From positions 19,240,913-19,304,912 of the forward strand of contig MU060007.1 in assembly GCA_013265495.1 (NCBI GenBank): a stretch of DNA of 64,000 nucleotides, written 5' to 3'. Every line of letters starts with the position of its first letter. Position 1 is the first letter of the stretch. Below are positions 24,545-37,332 of the stretch, piece by piece. The notes under the pieces are model-generated. The model saw only the letters and a list, made by a program, of their open reading frames with translations, was not told the DNA's origin and made no database searches. The translations under genes and the position numbers were made by a program. The DNA is from Vicugna vicugna (taxonomy: Eukaryota).

Positions 24545-24712
24545 CCCTAAGGATGGTAGAGTAGAAAGACAGATGGAGCCTGGTCTGATTCATTTTTGAG
24601 CTGCCAAGTCAATCTTGAAGCCCTTTCACTCTGGATTATATGTTAAGTAAACAGGAAACACACTGATGTTTTAAGCTACAGATTATCCGGTTACATGCAG
24701 CCAAATACAGAC
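24400..24712 (+). mobile_element. Old MLT1 (MLT1H-K-like) LTR containing an A33 run
   Basis: CATGAGGCAATAGCTTGAGGAC..GGATGGTAGAGTAGAAAGA..GAGCCTGG..GTTACATGCAGCCAAATACA. Confidence 0.7.
24509..24541. repeat. Perfect poly(A)33
   Basis: Direct reading. Confidence 0.95.
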
Positions 24713-24759
24713 TATGGCCTTGAGGCCTTCTTCTCCACTAAGAAGATATGGTCATTTAG

Positions 24760-25870
24760 CGTCAGTTCCCTCACCCACCATCCTCTCTGCCTCTGGCTCG
24801 ATGCTCTAGTGCATAGTTTTGCCTACAGTCTTAAAGGGCAAACACTTCTCTTTCTTATCACAGCAAAGTCCATTTGGGTTCTGTGTCTTTCTTTTCTTTT
24901 GTTTCCTCCAGGAATTTGTTTTCTAGCATTTCCAACAACTACTTTTCCATTGCTTTAATTCCTTTTCCTCACTGCTTAATTCAGGTGACTCCTTACTGGG
25001 TAGAATCTATCATTTTCTCTTTGGCACCTCAAATTAGTGGTCAGTGCTTGTTGTTCTATACCTCCCCATCAACTTGTTCCTCACCTTGCAAACATTCTAC
25101 TTCTTCTCTTTATTTTAATTTCTCATAAAACCTCCCAATACTTGCTTGCCATATTTGAATGCCTCTGTGTGCATTCTCTTTGACTTCTACAATATGTAAC
25201 TTTTCATCTAAAAACTCTTCAACATTAACTTTCATGACATGATATTATTCTGAATCTTCCCCGGGTCTCTAACTGCTTTCCACTATTGTCAAGAACATAA
25301 CATTCTCCTATCCCTTGGCTATGGCTATTACCCAAAGTTTAATTCCTGTTATTCTTGCTCTTCCTGCTTTCCTACAAAAAACTCGTCTACCATGGTTGAA
25401 GCCATTATACAAATACAGATAATTTCCAGATCTGTATCTCAATTTCCCTAATATCCACATATTCGCAGTGTCATATCTCAAATTACATTCTATACAATCA
25501 TTAGTCTAGTCAACATACTGAAAATTCAAATCATCCTTATCCTCAGTCCATCTCCCCTTCATTATTTTGCTATACCTAATGACAGTACTACTATTGTACC
25601 AGTCACCAAACTTCACATTTTAAATTCACCTTCAACTGTTCCTTCTTTATCCTTTATTTTAAAGCATTCATAAATTATGATCAAATCTTGTGGACAATAT
25701 CACTCTACTTTAGATCTTTAAAATCTTCCACTTATAAAAGTTCAATAGCTTTTTTTCAATAGTTTTTCCTCCAACCTTCAAATTCCTCTCCTTGCAATGA
25801 ATTTACAACTCTACTCCACCAGAATCAGATGGCTAAAACATTCTTTTCCCCAGATTACACTTAAAATGGC
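24760..25870 (+). mobile_element. Highly decayed L2 fragment
   Basis: C/T-rich L2-like pattern (TGACTTCTACAATA, TTCCAGATCTGTATCTC, ACCAGTCACCAAAC, CAACTCTACTCCACCAG). Confidence 0.55.
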
Positions 25871-27154
25871 TTCACACTGCCTGCTGGATTTCTGAATCTA
25901 AAAGGAGCTTTTAAGGAGTCAAAACGTGGCACAACAGGAAGCTTTTAGGATCCCATTACAGCAGAGGCCCAAGACTGTTAAGCATTTTGTATACAACACC
26001 TGCAGGAACCCAAGAGATAGTAGCAATTAATTACAGGTGTGACCAGACTGTTAGCTATAAGTAATAAAGGTGGAACATGATTTTCTCAATTTGTGTAGTT
26101 ATTCAAGAAACACCATTTCTTGATTTCTGGCAAGTACATTATTAACAGAGTTGACCTTAGTAATAAATATTCAAGCAACCTTCCTTCCTCTGCAGAACTA
26201 TAACTGCTAAATCAAGCTCTATATATTTGAACAAAATTGATGTTTCAAAGCCCACGTTCAGACACACCTTTTCTCTTGCCACTTTCAGTTCTGTTTTGAT
26301 CCCCCTATTTCTTCCTAATGTAGTAAGTATAAAGTCTAATTTTTCTTCATTTTTGTCTTCAGTTTCCATGATATGATCTCCACAGACCAAACAAGCTGTG
26401 AAAAATCAGTAGAGAATACCTTTAATTGTGCATATATTAAAAGACCTGGGCTTAATTAACAAAATATTAACCAAAGCCCTCAGTCCAGTCACGTCAGTTG
26501 CACTCTAAAGTGATGAAAAATAAGCTAATATGCTAATATGTCTAACATGAACATATATACAAACAGCTTTTTCCACTTTGGACTGAGGTCTCAGCCTTTG
26601 ATTAGATTAAATCAAAGAGACGAGCTCCCTTTGTTCCATTGTCAAGGATGGAGAGGTTGCTTCAAGGTTTTCTAAATTTGTTATCACGAGAATGTTCATG
26701 GCTTCTGATCTTGGAGTTCATCCTGATTTTACTGACTTTGTTTATATTTTCTAAATCATTCTCTTGCATTTTATAAATGGTAACAATTTTATACTAGTAA
26801 CACAATTTAATTCCTAGGGCTGTTTCTAAGCTTACAATTTAGTTTGTAGGGGATGGTAACAGATTTCATTACAAGGATAGCCAATTTAGAATGATGAGAA
26901 TAATGAATTGGGATTTTAGAGTCCTGGGTCTTCCTCAGAGCTCTGTAAGAAAGCAACATTGAGATTTAAACAATTTTTTTTTTTAACGTTCACAGAATTA
27001 CTTGTGATATTTGATGAAATGCAAATTATGGAACTTGATTTCTGGAGGGTTTTTTTGTTGTTGTTGTTAGTAGCTCTAGAATAGGGAACAGAAATCTGCA
27101 TATTAAACAAGTTTTTCAGGAATTGAGACAATATTCTTCTAACTACACTTCGAG

Positions 27155-27240
27155 AATCACTGCCTTAGGCAAGTCAGCTTCTCTGGGCTTCAGTTTCCAC
27201 ATCTGTGAAATGACAGAGCTGGATTAGATGATAGTTGGAG
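27155..27240. mobile_element. MIR SINE fragment
   Basis: CCTTAGGCAAGTCA..CTCTGGGCTTCAGTTTCCACATCTGTGAAATG. Confidence 0.75.
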
Positions 27241-29927
27241 ATATTGTCAGTTTTTAACATTTTACGACTCATTGAAAGTGCTTCCTATTTCTAGGAATAT
27301 AGTCTTGATCAGTTCAACACAGGTGGCACTCAAGCAACTAAACCTCTCTTCTTTCACTCAGGTACTGCTAGAGGAATATGTTTCCATTTCTATACCTACA
27401 ATTATCTTTTTTGTATCCATATTACCTCAAAGGTAGCCTTTCATGACTAATCCCAGCATCTGCCTCCTGCAGAACTTGATAACAGAAAGAGGCACTAGAA
27501 ACCATCAAATAAGGCTACCATCCCACAGTAAAATTCCAAACAGCCTGTGCTTGTTGACTTCCATTATCGGGAACTCACTATGCAAAACCTGGAAATATCT
27601 TTCTTCTCTTGAACGCAAGTCTTTCTCACTAGAGGTTCTGTCTGTATGCCCTGGTTCTGATCTATGGTTCTATAGAATAAGTATAATTCCTCACCCATGT
27701 GGCAACCATCTGAACACTATAGTCTTTACTCCATATTCACGTTCATTCTTCTTATACATAGTTTGTGTTCAGTTGCCCTTCAATGGATCTCTCCTAAAGT
27801 GCGTGCCCAGCAGTGGTCTGGGCAGTGCCATTTATGGTAGGACTATGTACAACTAAGGGAAGGGGGACACACTTAAAACTCGTATCACAGAGAAAAGGGA
27901 ATATCTCCCTAAGATACTGTTCAAGATTAGATACATATACTTACTTGCTTTTCTCCTGGAACAGCCCTAGAAAAAACTTGTATTACTCCTAAGGTCATAC
28001 AGGCCTTCACCATCTCTGCAGACCAAAGCAGGGCAGCTGCTGTCTTAGCCTGCTCTTGCCACTCACAGGAATTCCCCACCACAACCTTACCCCTGCCCTT
28101 ACCCTGCAGCTCTTCTTCCCTTCTCAGAGGCTTCCCTCTTACCAATGAGACAACAGAGGCTGTTAAACCCCAGTCAATGGAATTTTTTTTAACCCAAGAG
28201 GAAATAGAAGTTGATCGATCAATTTTTCTTCTTCTTTCCATCATCACAGTAACCACTCCCACAAGACAGCTGACAATAAAGAAAAATCTTCAGGGGAACA
28301 ACAAGAAAGATTAGAACTGTTGTTTTAATGTGAACAATAGGAGACAGAAAGCAATGGAATGGCAGCCTTAAGGTGTTGAAAGGAGGAAAACAGCCAGACA
28401 GGTACTATATACCTAAAAAATATATATTCTTTAAACATAATGGCTAAAGAAAGACATTTTCAGACAAGAAAAGATGAGAATATTTGTTGCCAGCAGAACC
28501 ATATTACAAGAAATACTAGATGAATTTCTTCAGGGTGAAAGGAAATTATCCCAGATGAAAGCATGGAATTGCAGAAAGAGACAAACAGAACTGAAAAGAA
28601 TAAATGTATAGGTAAATATAAATTTTTTTTACTTTACAAAAAAAAGAGTGTTTAAAGCAAAAATAATCATATTTTGTGGAATTTATAGTATACATAAAAG
28701 TAAACTATATGAGAACAGAGCAAAAAGAGCAAGCAGGGCTGAGAGCTTCTTACATTATTTGCGAAGCAGTAAATTTCAGTTTCAGGTTTTATTAAGCTAA
28801 GCTTTAATATATAGCATAAACACTAAAAGGAAATAAAAAACTGTGTTAAAAAGCCAATGAAACATATAAAATAGAAAAATAAACACACTTGAGTAATACC
28901 AAAGAAGTTATGAAAGAAGAAACAAAGCAACTAAACAAGATAGGAAAAAGAAAACAAAACAGTAGACCTAAATCCAAACATACTAGTAATTACATTAAAC
29001 ATCAGAGAAACAAGCATAAATACTCCAATTAAAGGATGGTGGTTATAGGAATAGAATTCTTTTTAATCCATGACTCAGTATGTGCCATTCACAAAGGACA
29101 CACTTTCCATATAAGGATACAGATAGAAGTAAAGTAAAAGGATGGGAAAAGCTGTGCCATAAAGGCATTAACACTGAAAAGGGATATTTTGGATGAGAAC
29201 AGGATCAATTCATTGGGAAGATGTGATGAGCCTAAATGTATATGCAGCTAGCATCACAGCTTAAAACATATGATGCAAAACTGACAGAACAAAGAGGAAA
29301 AATAGACTAATCTGCATTCATAATTGGAGATTTTCAGGTATCTCCCTCAGTCAGAGATAAAGCAAGATATTTAAAATAGCAATATATAGATGACTTGAAA
29401 ACCTCTAATAACAAATGTGAACTAATTAGTATTCATATAATACTACTAATAAATGGAGAATACACATACTTCCAAACATACATAAAATAGTAACAATGCA
29501 AAGCATATATGTATCCTTTAGGTAGTTCTTTGTATCTTTCAAATGACTGATTCACTCAGAATACTTTTCCTAGCCAAAATGAAAATTAACTGGAACTCAG
29601 TAACAAAAAGTTAACTAGAAAGTCTTCAACATTTGGAGATTAACAACATAATTTTGAAAAGCCCACGGGTCACAGAAGAAATCACAATGAACATTAGAAA
29701 ATATTTTGAAGTAAAAACAAAATACATAAAACTATACATTAAAAAGGGTGAATTTTGCTGTATGTAAATTGTATCTCAATGAACTTGACTAAAATTTTTT
29801 TTAAATAATGAAAATACAACATACCAAATTTTGTGAAATGATGCTTAAGCAGTGCTCAGAGGAAAATGTAGTGAATTTAAATGTGTGTATTAGAAAATAA
29901 TAAAGACTTAAAAATAATGATCTAAGT

Positions 29928-30364
29928 TTCAGGTGTACAGCAAAGTGATTCAATTATACGTAACAATGGGGGAAGGTTATAGCTCAGTGGTAGAGTGTAT
30001 GCTTAGCACTGGGTTCAATCCCCAGTACTTCAAATAAATAAATAAATAAACCAAATTACCTACCCCCTAAAAAAAATTATACATATACTTACATATATAT
30101 ATCTTTCTCAGATTCCTTTCCATTATGGTTATTACAAGATATTGAATATAGTTCCCTGTGCTATACAGTAGGTCCTTGTTGTTTATCTGTTTTATATATA
30201 TAGTAGTGTGTACATGTTAATCCCAAATTCCTAATTTATCCCTCCCCCAACCCTTTCCCCCTTGGTAACCATAGTTTATTTTCTATGTCTGCAAGTCTAT
30301 TTTCTGGTTGGTAAATAAGTTCATTTTTATTATTTTTTATAGTAAATTAACTATACTTCAATTT
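29928..30364. mobile_element. Young L1 3' end with 5' inversion (twin priming)
   Basis: Antisense L1 3'UTR 29928-30340 followed by sense terminal GTAAATTAACTATACTTCAATTT; 18-bp TSD AAAAATAATGATCTAAGT (29910-29927) / AAAAATAGTGACCTAAGT (30365-30382) at a TT/AAAA site. Confidence 0.85.
29968..30076 (+). mobile_element. tRNA-derived camelid-type SINE
   Basis: GGGGGAAGGTTATAGCTCAGTGGTAGAG (A box), GGGTTCAATCCC (B box), (AAAT)n, AAACCAAATTACCTACCCCC, A tail; ~11 nt shorter between boxes than the consensus I recall. Confidence 0.85.
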
Positions 30365-30437
30365 AAAAATAGTGACCTAAGTAACTATCTCAGCTGTCCA
30401 ATAAAAGAAAAAAGTATTATCAAAGAAGGAAGGAAAT

Positions 30438-30844
30438 TGTGTTGAACTGAGACATGCCATTCAGATCCCCGACCAAAATCAAAGAAGACAGACTGTCCCA
30501 GTTATCAGCAGACTCTAGCTGTTAGCTCCTTGAGGATTTGCAGAGAACCTCCTCACCCAAGGACAAGTCCTTCTTGGGCAGTCCATATTCAGTGACTGAT
30601 CACAGTGGAGGTATAAAATCCAGACATTTCCTACCAATGCCAGGACACTGCTGAAAGCCTAACTACCCCTCCGGCTCTTCATAGGGTTGTCTGATATTTT
30701 CCAGGCTCCATCACAGTTAGATATTCATTCCCCACTGACCAATGAAGTTTCAGTCTCCTCCCTTCCATGGGAGCTAATCTCTAATAAAGACTCTGCATGC
30801 CAATATCCATTAGAAGGTTTGCTTTGAGAGACAGACTGTCAACA
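30438..30844 (+). mobile_element. LTR16A-like ERVL solo LTR
   Basis: CCTCACCCAAGG..TTCTTGGGCAGTCCATATTCAGTGACTGATC..GGTATAAAA (30612)..CTAATAAAG (30783). Confidence 0.75.
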
Positions 30845-31009
30845 GAATAATCAAAATGTAAGTAGAAATCAGTGAAAAAGAAAGGAGATCAAAAAATACA
30901 GGAAATCAACAAAACTAAAAATTGCTTCTTTGAAAGATCAAAAGCATTAATAAACGCCTAGCAAGGACTCATTAAGAAAAAAGAGCAAAACAAAACACTC
31001 AACAAAACT

Positions 31010-32600
31010 GTCTGACATTGATACAGTCAGGATATAGAACACTTATATCACCACAAGAATCCCTCAAATCCTGCCCTTTTACAGCCACAACCACCTCCCT
31101 TTCCCCATCCCGACTCCAATTCCTAATTCCTGGAAATCACTAATCTAGTCTCTATTCTATGATTTTATCTTTTTAAGAATATTACATAAATAAAATCACA
31201 GTATGATTGTTACTAGATTTTTTTCTCTCAGCATAATTCCCTGGAGATTCATACAGAATTCATCACTGTGTCTATATCAATAATTCATTCCTTTTTATTG
31301 CTGAGTCATATTCCATGGTATGGGAAATACTAGTTTGTTTAACCATTTACCCATTGAAGGATAGCTGCATTGTTTCCAGTTTTTTGCTGTTAGGAATATA
31401 GCTACTATGAACATTCATGCACAGATTTTTTTAAAACATAAGTCTTTTCTGGGACAAAAGCCTGAATATAACTGCTAAGTTACATGGTGGTTGCATGGTA
31501 CTACGGACNNNNNNNNNNNNNNNNNNNNNNNNNNNNNNNNNNNNNNNNNNNNNNNNNNNNNNNNNNNNNNNNNNNNNNNNNNNNNNNNNNNNNNNNNNNN
31601 NNNNNNNNNNNNNNNNNNNNNNNNNNNNNNNNNNNNNNNNNNNNNTGACTGATGTTCTTCTAAGAGGCCTTCTAAGAGGAGATTAGGACACAAACAACCC
31701 ACAGACTGAAGGGCGATCACGTGAGATCACATCAAGAAGGTGGCCATCTGCAAGCCAAGGAGAGAGGCCTCAAAAGAAGGCCTGATAACAGCTTGATTTT
31801 GGATTTCTACTCTCCAGAACTACCAGAAAATAAATTTGTTTATTTCTAAGCCACCCAATCTGTGGCATTTCTGTTATGGGAGCTGAAGCAAGATAATAAA
31901 TATGGCTAGTTTTAAAAGAAATTGCCAAACTGTTCTCCTGAGTTGCTGTACCATTCCTACCAGCAGCATATGAGTGATCAGATTCTCTGTAACGCCTTTC
32001 AGCATTTGGTGTTGTCATTATTTTATTTTAGCTGCTCTGACAGATGCGTGGTGATATCTCATTGCTGTTTTAACTTGTATTTCTTAAATAACTAATTATG
32101 TTAAACCTATTTTCATGTGCTTATTTTTCAACTATATATCCTATTCATAAAATAATCTCTCTTCAGGCAGAAATCCATTTTCTAATTAGATTTTTTCCTT
32201 GTTTTTCACTGTTAAATCTTTGAGAGTTCTCTACATATTCTATATTAGTCCTTTGTCAGATATGTGATTCATAAATATTATTTCCCTGTTTGCTACTTGT
32301 CTTCTCATTCTCTTAACACGGTCTCTTGGAGAGTAAATTTTTTTTTAAATTTTGATAAGCTCCAATTTAACAATTTTTCTTTTTATAGATCATGCTTTTG
32401 GAGTCAAGTTTATAAACTCCTTGCTTAACCCCAGATCCCCAAAGACTCTTCTCCCATGTTTTTTTTTCTCTAAGTTTTATAGTTTTATTTTCCTTTTAAC
32501 TACATGAACAATTCTGAGTTAATTTTTATATAAAGTATGAGGTTTAGATCAAGATTAATTTATTGAAAAGGCAAGCCTTCCTCCACTGAATTGCATTATC
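31010..32600 (-). mobile_element. Old L1 3' region (L1MB/MC-like), split by MLT1
   Basis: GATATAGAACACTTATATCACC, CATAATTCCCTGGAGATTCAT, GCTACTATGAACATTCATG, ATTGCCAAACTGTT, GTCCTTTGTCAGATATGTGA. Confidence 0.85.
31499..31900 (+). mobile_element. MLT1 (B/C-like) LTR inserted in L1; contains N-run 31509-31645
   Basis: Start TACTACGGAC, GGCCATCTGCAAGCCAAGGAGAGAGGCCTC, AATAAATTTG, TAAGCCACCCAATCTGTGG; 5-bp flanks CATGG/TATGG. Confidence 0.85.
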
Positions 32601-33189
32601 AGATTCTGAATGGGATGTATGACTCAAAAAGGCTAAGAAGAATTATTTTACATAAAAGAGTCTCCATAAAAATGCCTAGGCTTTATTAAGGCAAAGGAAG
32701 CACACTGTGAATCTCTGTTTTATGTTCCTGCCTTCAAATAATGTACATGAGCCCTCTTCTATCCTCCTTAGCTGAAGAGCATGTTCTAAGATCCAAAGTT
32801 TTCTTTGATGATACACATAAGGTTCCTGACACTCTTATTCTGCTCTAATTCATGAATATATTTGTGAGGGATCGATGTTTATTCGACTTGTCTGAATTCC
32901 TGTGTTAAACCTCTGACGTATCTAAACCCAAGGAAACAGCCCAATGACTTAAGACCAGGCTACCTCTTTGGAATACAGTGTTCTGTCCACTGGACCAACA
33001 GACTTTCCCAGTGTGGATTCCAACCTCCCCTGGACATTCTGCACTTGGTTCATCCACAGTCTTGTGAAACTATGAGTACTTACATGGCTGGTCTTTCTTT
33101 CCCTGGAATTGGTACCATTAGGTCACTTGGCAGAGGGGAAGAACGTGAACAGAATAACTGATCACAGAATACAGAGTGAGGGAGTCTTT

Positions 33190-33540
33190 AGCTCTGTATA
33201 CCAAACAACTGTTCTCTTCCTGGGCACATGAATTGTGCTACCTTACCCTTTGGAGTTCAGAAAACCATGTGACTTGCTTTGACCAACAAAATGTAAGCTG
33301 CAGTTAATGTGTTCTGTTTCACTGAACCCTTTAAGTACTCACATGCCATTGCCTCCCTGTACAGATGAGTGATGCTCAGATGGTGGAGACTCTATCAGCC
33401 TGAAAACCTAAGTGAAAATGATATGAAACAGAGCCCTAGCAACACAAATGGCCATGAAGCATGCATGAGAAATAAACTCTGTTGTTTTCAATCACTAAAA
33501 TTTTTTTTTGATTTTTGCTTTTTACCACTGAATAATTGCA
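33190..33540 (+). mobile_element. Old MLT1 (J-L-like) LTR
   Basis: CCATGTGACTTGCTTTGACCAACAAAATGT, CAGATGGTGGAGACTCTATCAGCCTG, CATGAGAAATAAACTCTGTTGTTT. Confidence 0.65.
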
Positions 33541-36500
33541 TCCATCCTTATGGATACAGTGCTGGTAGGATTATCTGTTTATTTAGTTGTTAAAATTAAT
33601 CAAATGGAAATTGAAATCTAAATTAATCTGTATATCCTTGTAAGTCTATTCATAGAAATAAATTTGCTAGTTGAAAAAAAGTTATGGTCACACCATGTTT
33701 CTTAAATAGAGTTTTGAAAACAGTTTCCACATGTAGATTAGTGACAGCATTCTATGGGCTAAGATACAAGCACACCAAAATCTATTACTGGCACTGAGTC
33801 AATACTTAATATTTTTTGAATAACTACAATCCACATGAGGGAGATGAAGCGATTAAACAGCAAAACGCTGAGCAGAAATAGCTAAGTAAATATTTCAACT
33901 GTTTGACAATAGCTTAACAACAAATAATTTAACAAAATTTTGTAGCTACCGAGCAAAACACTGGACGGATTAAAAGCAAAACTAAAAACAAACAAAGAAA
34001 ACGAAACCTTTTGCACTTTAGTTTGTGGGTGAGGCAGATAGTAAAGAGATTCAACAGAAGAGAAGTACCCCAGGTTCTATGGGAGCACAAGGGAGGGGTA
34101 ATGTCATGGTTTGTACCAAGCATGTACATCATGGTGAAAATCCATTTTCAGCTCATGCACCCACTGGAAAATTATGCTCTTGTTTAACCAGAGCAAAATT
34201 TAATCCAGAATGCATTAAGGCAGAACCCAGGAGAAGCCAGCCAGAGAACACAGTGTACTCAGAGTAAAGAGCCAGAGAAGTGCAGGGTCCCATAGCAAAG
34301 ACAAGAAGTCACACCACACTGGGAAGCAATTAGAGACAGGCGGTTCGGGAGCTCACTGAGAGCAGCCAAATCTCCCCAGCAATGGAACTAGTGGTGCCTG
34401 AATCTGCTTAAAGTGATCTTTGAGAGCTGTACAGGCAGAGAGAGCCTCTCTGTAACTCCAGGGACTGCACGGGAGAAAAGGGTTCACACAGGACAAAAAG
34501 CAAATCGTGGACTCTGCAAAGCAGGAGGCACCCAGATTGGGGATATAATTGAGACAATTTTTTTAAAGATGTACGAGACTGAGTTTTTTCAGCAATTCTT
34601 TAGTGAGAATGAAATGTATACTCATAGAAGTCCTTGCTCTCTGTGTGTATCTATATATTTATCTGTATCTACGGATATTTGTTATGTTTAAGTTTACAGT
34701 CAGGTCTAGAGTTCTCATTAGTCTGTGGGTTTATTTATCATCACCTAATCCTACTTTCATCTTCATTAACGCCTGAATTGAAGAACCATTCTAGGAAATG
34801 TAGAGATGGTTTGGGTTGAACTGACTTGAATATTACCCTGTTGTCAAAATGAGTTAAGTAGCATCCTCTTCAAAGTGGTATTTTGACAAGACTGTTTCTG
34901 CATACTACACTTAAGGAAAAATGATGCAATTGGGAGATTAAGTTTAAAAAAAACAAGGTCAAAGGATTTGGGGGTCAAAGTCTATTAAAATAAAGCCATA
35001 ACATTCCTCTTCCTCACCATTACATGCCAAATCATAATTTTCTGTTTTCTAAAACGTGAACTTTAAGCAAGTCTATGTGCTCTGACCCAGAAATTCCACC
35101 TCTAGAATCTAACCCTATGAAATGATTTAAGATACACAAGGAGACTTATTAGCAAAATATATTAATTGCAAAATCACTAATTTTGAGGTGATAATAAAAT
35201 TTTAAATGTTTATCAATATTAATGAGAAATGAAGCTAAATTAAATTTTTTTCTAAATTGGGAAGAAAAGAATAGTATTTAAGTCTGAGTAGTAATCTCAC
35301 ATTAAGAAATGTAAAACTATGATCAGCTCAGCTTAAATGCCAAGGAAACTTTTGACCCTTGTCTAGTTCTTAATAGACTACATAGTGTTGGAACTATTTT
35401 AATCCCAGACCTCAAAGTGCAAGCCTGGATTACCTTAGAATTCACCTCTTCCCTCCTTCCTCCTCCTAAAAATGAATACTCTCAAAGTTGAGAATTTCAG
35501 GAGTTGAGTCATTTTTGTGGTTTCGTCTCTTTGCCTGCTTCTAAGAATGGGACACAAAATGCACTTTGTGAAGTCAGACTTTGAACCAGGACTTAATTAT
35601 CATGCTGGGAATTAATCTTAGTGGGTGATTTCCCTCATTAAGCAAATCATCAAGTAAGTATTTTATTAAGTCAAGATTATCTATTTAACACTATACTGGG
35701 GCTACAAGGCTATAGAAGCTGTGTGCATTAGAGATGGGCCTGGCCTCAGCTTGCTTGCTTTCCAGCTGACTAGATACCCACAAAAATGAACCAGGAGTAA
35801 ACAGCACAGGATGAAAGGGAAGAGCTAAGTCAGCACGTGGAGTCTAGGTGCCATTAACACTGGTAGAAATTCAAGAAGGACCACAGTGACAAGGGAGAAC
35901 TTAATGGGGAAGTGAACTTGGAGTAGCCCTTGAAGGATAAATAGGATTTGTATAAGGAGAGTGTAGGGAATTCTAGGAGTGTAGCACAATATGAAGGAAA
36001 GAATGACAGCAGGGGTGACCTGGTTTTAGATTCAAGGGATTTGACATAGAGGGAAGTAAAGGAAAACGAAGGTGGAAAAGTGCTTGGGAAAGAAAGAGAA
36101 ATAAGTCCCCTTTGGATAAAAAAAAAGAAAAAAAAAGGAGGAGGAGAAGAAAAGAAGAAAGGTATATTTTGGCTTTTGTGTACATATACTTGAGAGATAT
36201 TTTTCCTAAAATTTGAAAGGTAAAATTGTTTTAAATATTAACAACAGTCTTGAAAAATCTAGACTTAAACATGTTCTTTGTGAATAATTATATACAATAA
36301 AAAGCAACAACAAATAGAGTTTTCTCCATCAAAAGAGGGTGACAGTTAGAGACCAAGTGCCCAAGCCATAATTTCTAGGTACTTTCTGAATCCTTCTCAG
36401 TCGTCCCCAAACAATAATGGTGACCAAGCTGGCTGTCCACACCCTCCAGCAGCCTCAGCATTCCCAATGTCCAGCCCACGTCCTGTTAACAAAAGCTCTT

Positions 36501-36699
36501 TCATCTCTGCTTATACAACACCTTTCCCATCCACTGCTCAGCTCCTCCATGCCATCCCTTTCCTTTGTACCAAGAAAGATCTATTTTATGTATTTACTAC
36601 TACATTTCAGTTACCATATTTGTTAAAATCCCCTGAGGTATGCATGGAGAAGAGAGAGAACGGATAAATAGAACAGGTGGATGAATATGGATTGGCAAA

Positions 36700-37090
36700 A
36701 AGCCAGGTCCATTGTGAACATGAGGAAATTCAACCTCTGCTCTCAAGGAGTGTACTATCCATCAGGAACCAGGTATGCAAAGCAGTATAATGTACAACAG
36801 CGTCAACGTAGAGATACACAATGCATATTCAAGTACAGCTGAAGGAGCACCCATGTCTGCCAGAGGAAGACGGAAAAAGCCTCAAAGAACCATTGGAGAC
36901 AAAACTGAAAGAACAGATGGCAATTCTTCAGACAGTCTGGGGCGAGGCATTCCAGACACAGAAGCATCAGAAAATATAACACATTTGAGAACCTACAGAG
37001 AGTCAAACATTGCTGAGAGGACAGTTAAAGGAAGACAGGTGGGAAATGAAGCCTGTTAGGTAAGCAGCGGCCACCTCAAGTGTGATCAGG
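36700..37090 (-). mobile_element. L2 fragment (explains ORF 36775-37059)
   Basis: CCTCTGCTCTCAAGGAG, GAGGCATTCCAGACACAG, ACATTTGAGAAC, GGAAATGAAGCC match the antisense L2 pattern. Confidence 0.6.
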
Positions 37091-37329
37091 TAGCAAAAGT
37101 CATAATGGCAGAATACGCTCCAGAAAAAACTGAACAATACTCAGTTCAATCATACAGACAAAGCATGCTTCATTTTTTGTTCTCTTTAAACAGCCTATTT
37201 TATTTCCTATTCATATTTATGTATTTTTAATTTTGTTTTAATGTGTACTAAGTAGTGACCATATGAAAAGACTATTTAAAATATGGGTATGGTATAACAA
37301 CAATACAAATTACCTTCTTACCTACTTAC

Positions 37330-37332
37330 CTT
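37330..37332 (-). other. Candidate 3-nt microexon (AAG) or recursive splice site
   Basis: Minus strand: TATTAAC ATTCCTTTCCTTA TAG|AAG|GTAAGT. Confidence 0.3.

Larger units (their letters stand above)
28270..30990 (+). mobile_element. Old L1 (ORF1 end, spacer, ORF2 endonuclease start) with nested insertions
   Basis: AAAGACATTTTCAGAC, CTAAATGTATATGCA, CATAATTGGAGATTT, ACAGAAGAAATCACAATG, TTCTTTGAAAGATCA; repeats the ORF1 segment already present at ~24230-24370, so a separate copy. Confidence 0.8.

Noticed and set aside
26588-26621. Bulged hairpin (8+4 bp)
   Set aside because: Chance-level and AT-rich.
29968-30030. tRNA-like A and B boxes
   Set aside because: The anticodon region is deleted and a SINE tail follows; it is a SINE, not a tRNA gene.
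31299-31309. Perfect NF-E2/ARE motif TGCTGAGTCAT
   Set aside because: It lies in an old L1 3'UTR close to consensus and is isolated; no supporting context.
36775-37059. 94-aa ORF with protein-like composition
   Set aside because: The sequence follows the antisense L2 pattern; purine richness explains the open frame.
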